64,000 nucleotides of DNA from Phoronis australis (lineage: Eukaryota; Animalia; Phoronida), in the NCBI GenBank assembly GCA_002633005.1, contig NMRA01000775.1, positions 62,001 through 126,000 of the forward strand, written 5' to 3'. The stretch's first letter is position 1, and every line of letters begins with the position of its first letter. The position numbers and the translations under genes are program-made. Below the pieces are notes generated by a model. It was given only the letters and a program-made list of their open reading frames with translations. It searched no databases and had not been told where the DNA came from. Shown piece after piece: positions 60,601-64,000 of the stretch.

Positions 60601-63600
60601 TTCCTGTGCATAAAGAAGATGTTACGGCTCACATGCCTACTTTCACAGCATGGCTTAGCCATCGAATTGGCCCGCGCACGCAGTCTGATCTACGGGAACT
60701 GAATTTGAACCCCTAACATGTACTAAAGTGTGGGTACATTTTAGGACAACCTCTTGAAACTTTTAACGTTCTACTATTGAGTGACTCTTTTCTGCAACAA
60801 GAACCTGGGAAAAAATCTCAGCCACATTGAATCAAAACTTTACCTCGAACATGCATTCACAATTCAGTGCTTATCTACATGAACTGCAAAAACTTTGATG
60901 TGACTATGAACCCGAGTTCTGTCCAAAAAGTAAAACATTTCACTTAGAATATCAACTGCATCTGCTATAGAATTGGTTTCAGCTTGTTTCTAATTCTGAT
61001 GACAAGCAATCTCTGGGTTTACAAAGAAATGACAGTTGTCGATTTCTTGAAACCATGTGCTGTAGACAAAATGACGTGCTGGGACAAGCCAACCAGACCA
61101 GACAGTAGAGGTTAATATTAACCAATAACGAAACGTCAGCTCTTTCAAAGCCCAGACACCATCTTCAATTTCACATATTGGGAAAAAGTTGAGACCAATT
61201 TCGTAACAGTATGTGGTCTAGATGAAAAGCTGGTCGTGAAGGAAGGTAGGTTTAGACTGAGGCAATTAAGTTGTCAACATTATCACATCTATGGCACGCA
61301 GTCAAAATCTTAGATAGCTACATTGACTCGTGGCTNTGAACTGCAAAAACTTTGATATGACTATGAACCAGGATTCTGTCCAAAAAGTAAAACATTTCAC
61401 TTAGAATATCAACTGCATCTGCTATAGAATTGGTTTCAGCTTGTTTCTAATTCAGATGACAAGCAATCTCTGGGTTTACAAAGAAATGACAGTTGTCGAT
61501 TTCTTGAAACCATGTGCTGTAGACAAAATGATGTGCTGGGACAAGCCAACCAGACCAGACAGTAGAGGTTAATATTAACCAATAACGAAACGTCAGCTCT
61601 TTCAAAGCCCAGACACCATCTTCAATTTCACATATTGGGAAAAAGTTGAGACCAATTTCGTAACAGTATGTGGTCTAGATGAAAAGCTGGTCCTGAAGGA
61701 AGGTAGGTTTAGACTGAGGCAATTAAGTTGTCAACATTATCACATCTATGGCACGCAGTCAAAATCTTAGATAGCTACATTGACTCGTGGCTCAAGCTAT
61801 TTTGACAGATGACCAACAACAACTGTGAAACCATTGTTACCTGTTTCCTGTAAGGGGTGATAACTCCAATTTCACTCAGTGGAATTTTGACTTTTGCCTC
61901 CTTGATCTTTTGAATGTAACCCAGAGCAATGGCTGCCTCCTCCGGGTTGAAGAAAGAAGGACTGTTCGCCTCTCGCATGTCATTGCCAGTGACGCCATGG
62001 AAAATCAATGGGAAGCCTTTCTTTGGCAGCTCTTCCCATCGACAGAATGATTCCCGAATTAGGATATCTGCATGGGCTTCTAGTTCTCCTTTGTAGAACA
62101 ACTCGTTGGGCAAGGCAAGAATATCGGGATGTGACCGATAGTTTCTGACAAGTTTTGTCAGCACTTTGGGATTGTAGAAGTGATTGTTCCTGATTTCTTT
62201 TGGAATGTTGCCAGCTGGCAGTTGGCGGGTGTTACTTTTCTGACTTTTGCGCCCATCATGTACGGGGCTGGAATCTTCTGCGTTATTGGATTCTTCATTG
62301 TCTGGGTCACTATAGCGAGAATAGACTTCGCATTGCGTCATAAATCGTTCCAGCAGTGACATATCTACAACAAAGAATACAGTTTCTTTCTACTTGCACC
62401 AAGTCATTCATTAAGTACTTGATAGTTGACTTATGACCTATCAAGTCAACAATTCAATATTCTGAATAAGGCTACATCTGAACACAACAAAACAAAAATG
62501 AAATCTAAGTAACAGACAGTATTAACAGGAAGCAGTAAAATGGCAGCAAAGAAAACCATAAAAGTCTGCATTCTAAAAATCAGTACAATATTATTTAATA
62601 ATGACACTTCAAGAATACTCCAACAGGGTCTGAGAAAAAACCTACACATAACACTTCTAATTCTGTTGACATTTTGTCGACCTTTCTTAAAAATTAATTA
62701 AAAAAAAAACAAAAAAACAATATTAATTAAGCGAGCTATTTTTTGTCCTTTTTCACATTCCAAGATGATATTTGCCAACTTTTTTGAGTCAGGTAATGAA
62801 ACGTCATTTACTCCTGAATAACCACGCATTAACAATCTCATGAGAGATTTCAAAGCAATTTGTCCACCTCTATCAAAAATTAAAAATCCTAATTGTGATA
62901 CTGATTATGGAGTCTGTATTCTAACCATAGTATTAAACACAGTGAAATTTCACTTTATAGCTCCAAGTATTAAGAAAATCGTCCTGCAGATGTCAACAGA
63001 ATTGTTGACAGGAGTTGATTTCCGTTGAGACATAAGCAATTAATTTTTAATCATAAGAAATCAGTCAATTATTTTTTCCACTTGTGTCCAACATAATATA
63101 ACAAAAACTATCCAAATTGAATCTTCACTGCTATACTCATAGGGTCATTCATAAACATGTCACTTTGTGATAAAAGTCTGACCAAGACAACTCTATTCCT
63201 CACCCAGACCATGCTTCAGCACGAAAGGGGAGCGCAGGATCGGACCCAGCTGCTTTGGATCCCCCGCAAGCACAATCTGTCCCCCATTAGCCAGAGGGGT
63301 GTCAGCCTCTAGGATGCCAGCTATGGCAATTAGGGCCTCAGGCTCCACCGCTTGGCCGCACTCGTCAATAAAAATGTGGGTGAAATGTCCCTGAGGAAAG
63401 TTGGCCGAGGCCAGTCTGTAAATAAAAATCATCTCGATTAGCTGCCTAATGTTGAATTCTTAATAACCAATTAGTGCTTTGGTGTTAAAAACAATACCAC
63501 TTTCAACTATACAATCCTTACTTATTGCCCGGATGAGTCAGCAACTTGAGTCACAGACAATGCATATAGGTGGCAGCACATGAATGTTACAATACATATA

Positions 63601-64000
63601 GAAATCCATGTGAAGGGAAATGTTCGCATGCCTTGGTTTGCACGTCAACTGCACACAATAGAAATAAACTGGAACAGCCATTGTCAAACTGTCCAGATAT
63701 AATTCATTGTACTCTTGACTCATGACAAACTTGTATATAGCAAATCGAACTTTCTTTTTAAGTTCTGTCTGATAACTGATCACTATTCTAGTTTCTGAAA
63801 ATAATCTAAGAATCCTTTGGACATTTTGCAACTAAATATTCTCCACTATTGTCACATTTTATTGTAACTTACATAGAAAACAAATTAACTCAATATTTAT
63901 AAATTATTAATTTTTTGAAACACACAGAGTATATGCCACATGACGAATGTATAAAACCAACCTTCCAGATGTCACTAGCGTGCAGACGATGATGTCAAAC
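57520..64000 (-). CDS. MOV10: MOV10-like SF1 (UPF1-family) RNA helicase, 3' part; 5' end lies beyond the window
   Basis: Exons: >64000-63962, 63415-63204, 62364-61841, 60325-60149, 59529-59441, 57959-57844, 57614-57520, with consistent phases. Motifs [93 protein letters not shown] and C-terminal EEPQWRHDL fit MOV10 better than UPF1. Confidence 0.92.
57844..57959 (-). CDS. MOV10: MOV10 penultimate exon
   Basis: [16 protein letters not shown]...GLNEE. Confidence 0.9.
57981..58389. repeat. Minisatellite, 29-31-bp unit x about 13, in a MOV10 intron
   Basis: cactggaacatgccactgatagtcacatgac repeated. Confidence 0.95.
59441..59529 (-). CDS. MOV10: MOV10 exon (motif VI)
   Basis: [29 protein letters not shown]. 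Confidence 0.95.
60149..60325 (-). CDS. MOV10: MOV10 exon (motif V)
   Basis: VQKIK...[22 protein letters not shown]...IGFLKNPK. Confidence 0.95.
60880..61792 (+). repeat. 456-bp direct duplication either side of a single N (probable assembly artefact)
   Basis: 60880-61335 and 61337-61792 differ by only a few substitutions and join exactly at the N at 61336. Confidence 0.85.
61841..62364 (-). CDS. MOV10: MOV10 exon
   Basis: DMSLLERFM...[14 protein letters not shown]...[10 protein letters not shown]. Confidence 0.95.
63204..63415 (-). CDS. MOV10: MOV10 exon (motif II DE-x-GQ, motif III)
   Basis: [26 protein letters not shown]...[15 protein letters not shown]. Confidence 0.95.
63962..64000 (-). 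CDS. MOV10: MOV10 exon (truncated by window end)
   Basis: [12 protein letters not shown](R), GT donor. Confidence 0.85.

Noticed and set aside
26258-64000. GNS-ZNF277-MOV10 as a functional gene system
   Set aside because: Three well-known genes with unrelated functions; adjacency alone is not evidence of a shared pathway in an animal genome.

Overview
AT-rich, intron-rich animal (probably invertebrate) genomic DNA, not prokaryotic. Three spliced genes can be rebuilt with GT-AG introns and consistent phases. GNS (N-acetylglucosamine-6-sulfatase; minus strand, 12 coding exons, 39393->26258, about 506 aa) lies head-to-head, with 147 bp between start codons, with ZNF277 (plus strand, 12 coding exons, 39541->52194, about 435 aa). 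The 3' part of a MOV10-type SF1 RNA helicase (minus strand, runs off the window end, stop at 57520) converges on ZNF277. The first ~25 kb has no confidently identifiable gene. It holds a decayed L1/Tx1-type LINE whose RT core is replaced by a MITE, Helentron/HINE-like repeats with terminal palindromes, several foldback MITEs, THAP-like relics and unidentified paralogous exon-like remnants. The most notable unexplained signals are Penelope-type minimal hammerhead ribozyme motifs (25049-25097 and a divergent pair at 43258-43540), an inverted pair of codon-constrained remnants of an unknown protein (about 10.0 and 15.9 kb), a 3.3-kb block bracketed by inverted repeats, and a decayed triplication of the ZNF277 C-terminal tail in its 3' UTR. 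I found no convincing novel multi-gene system. All alignments were made by eye and comparisons to human proteins are from memory.
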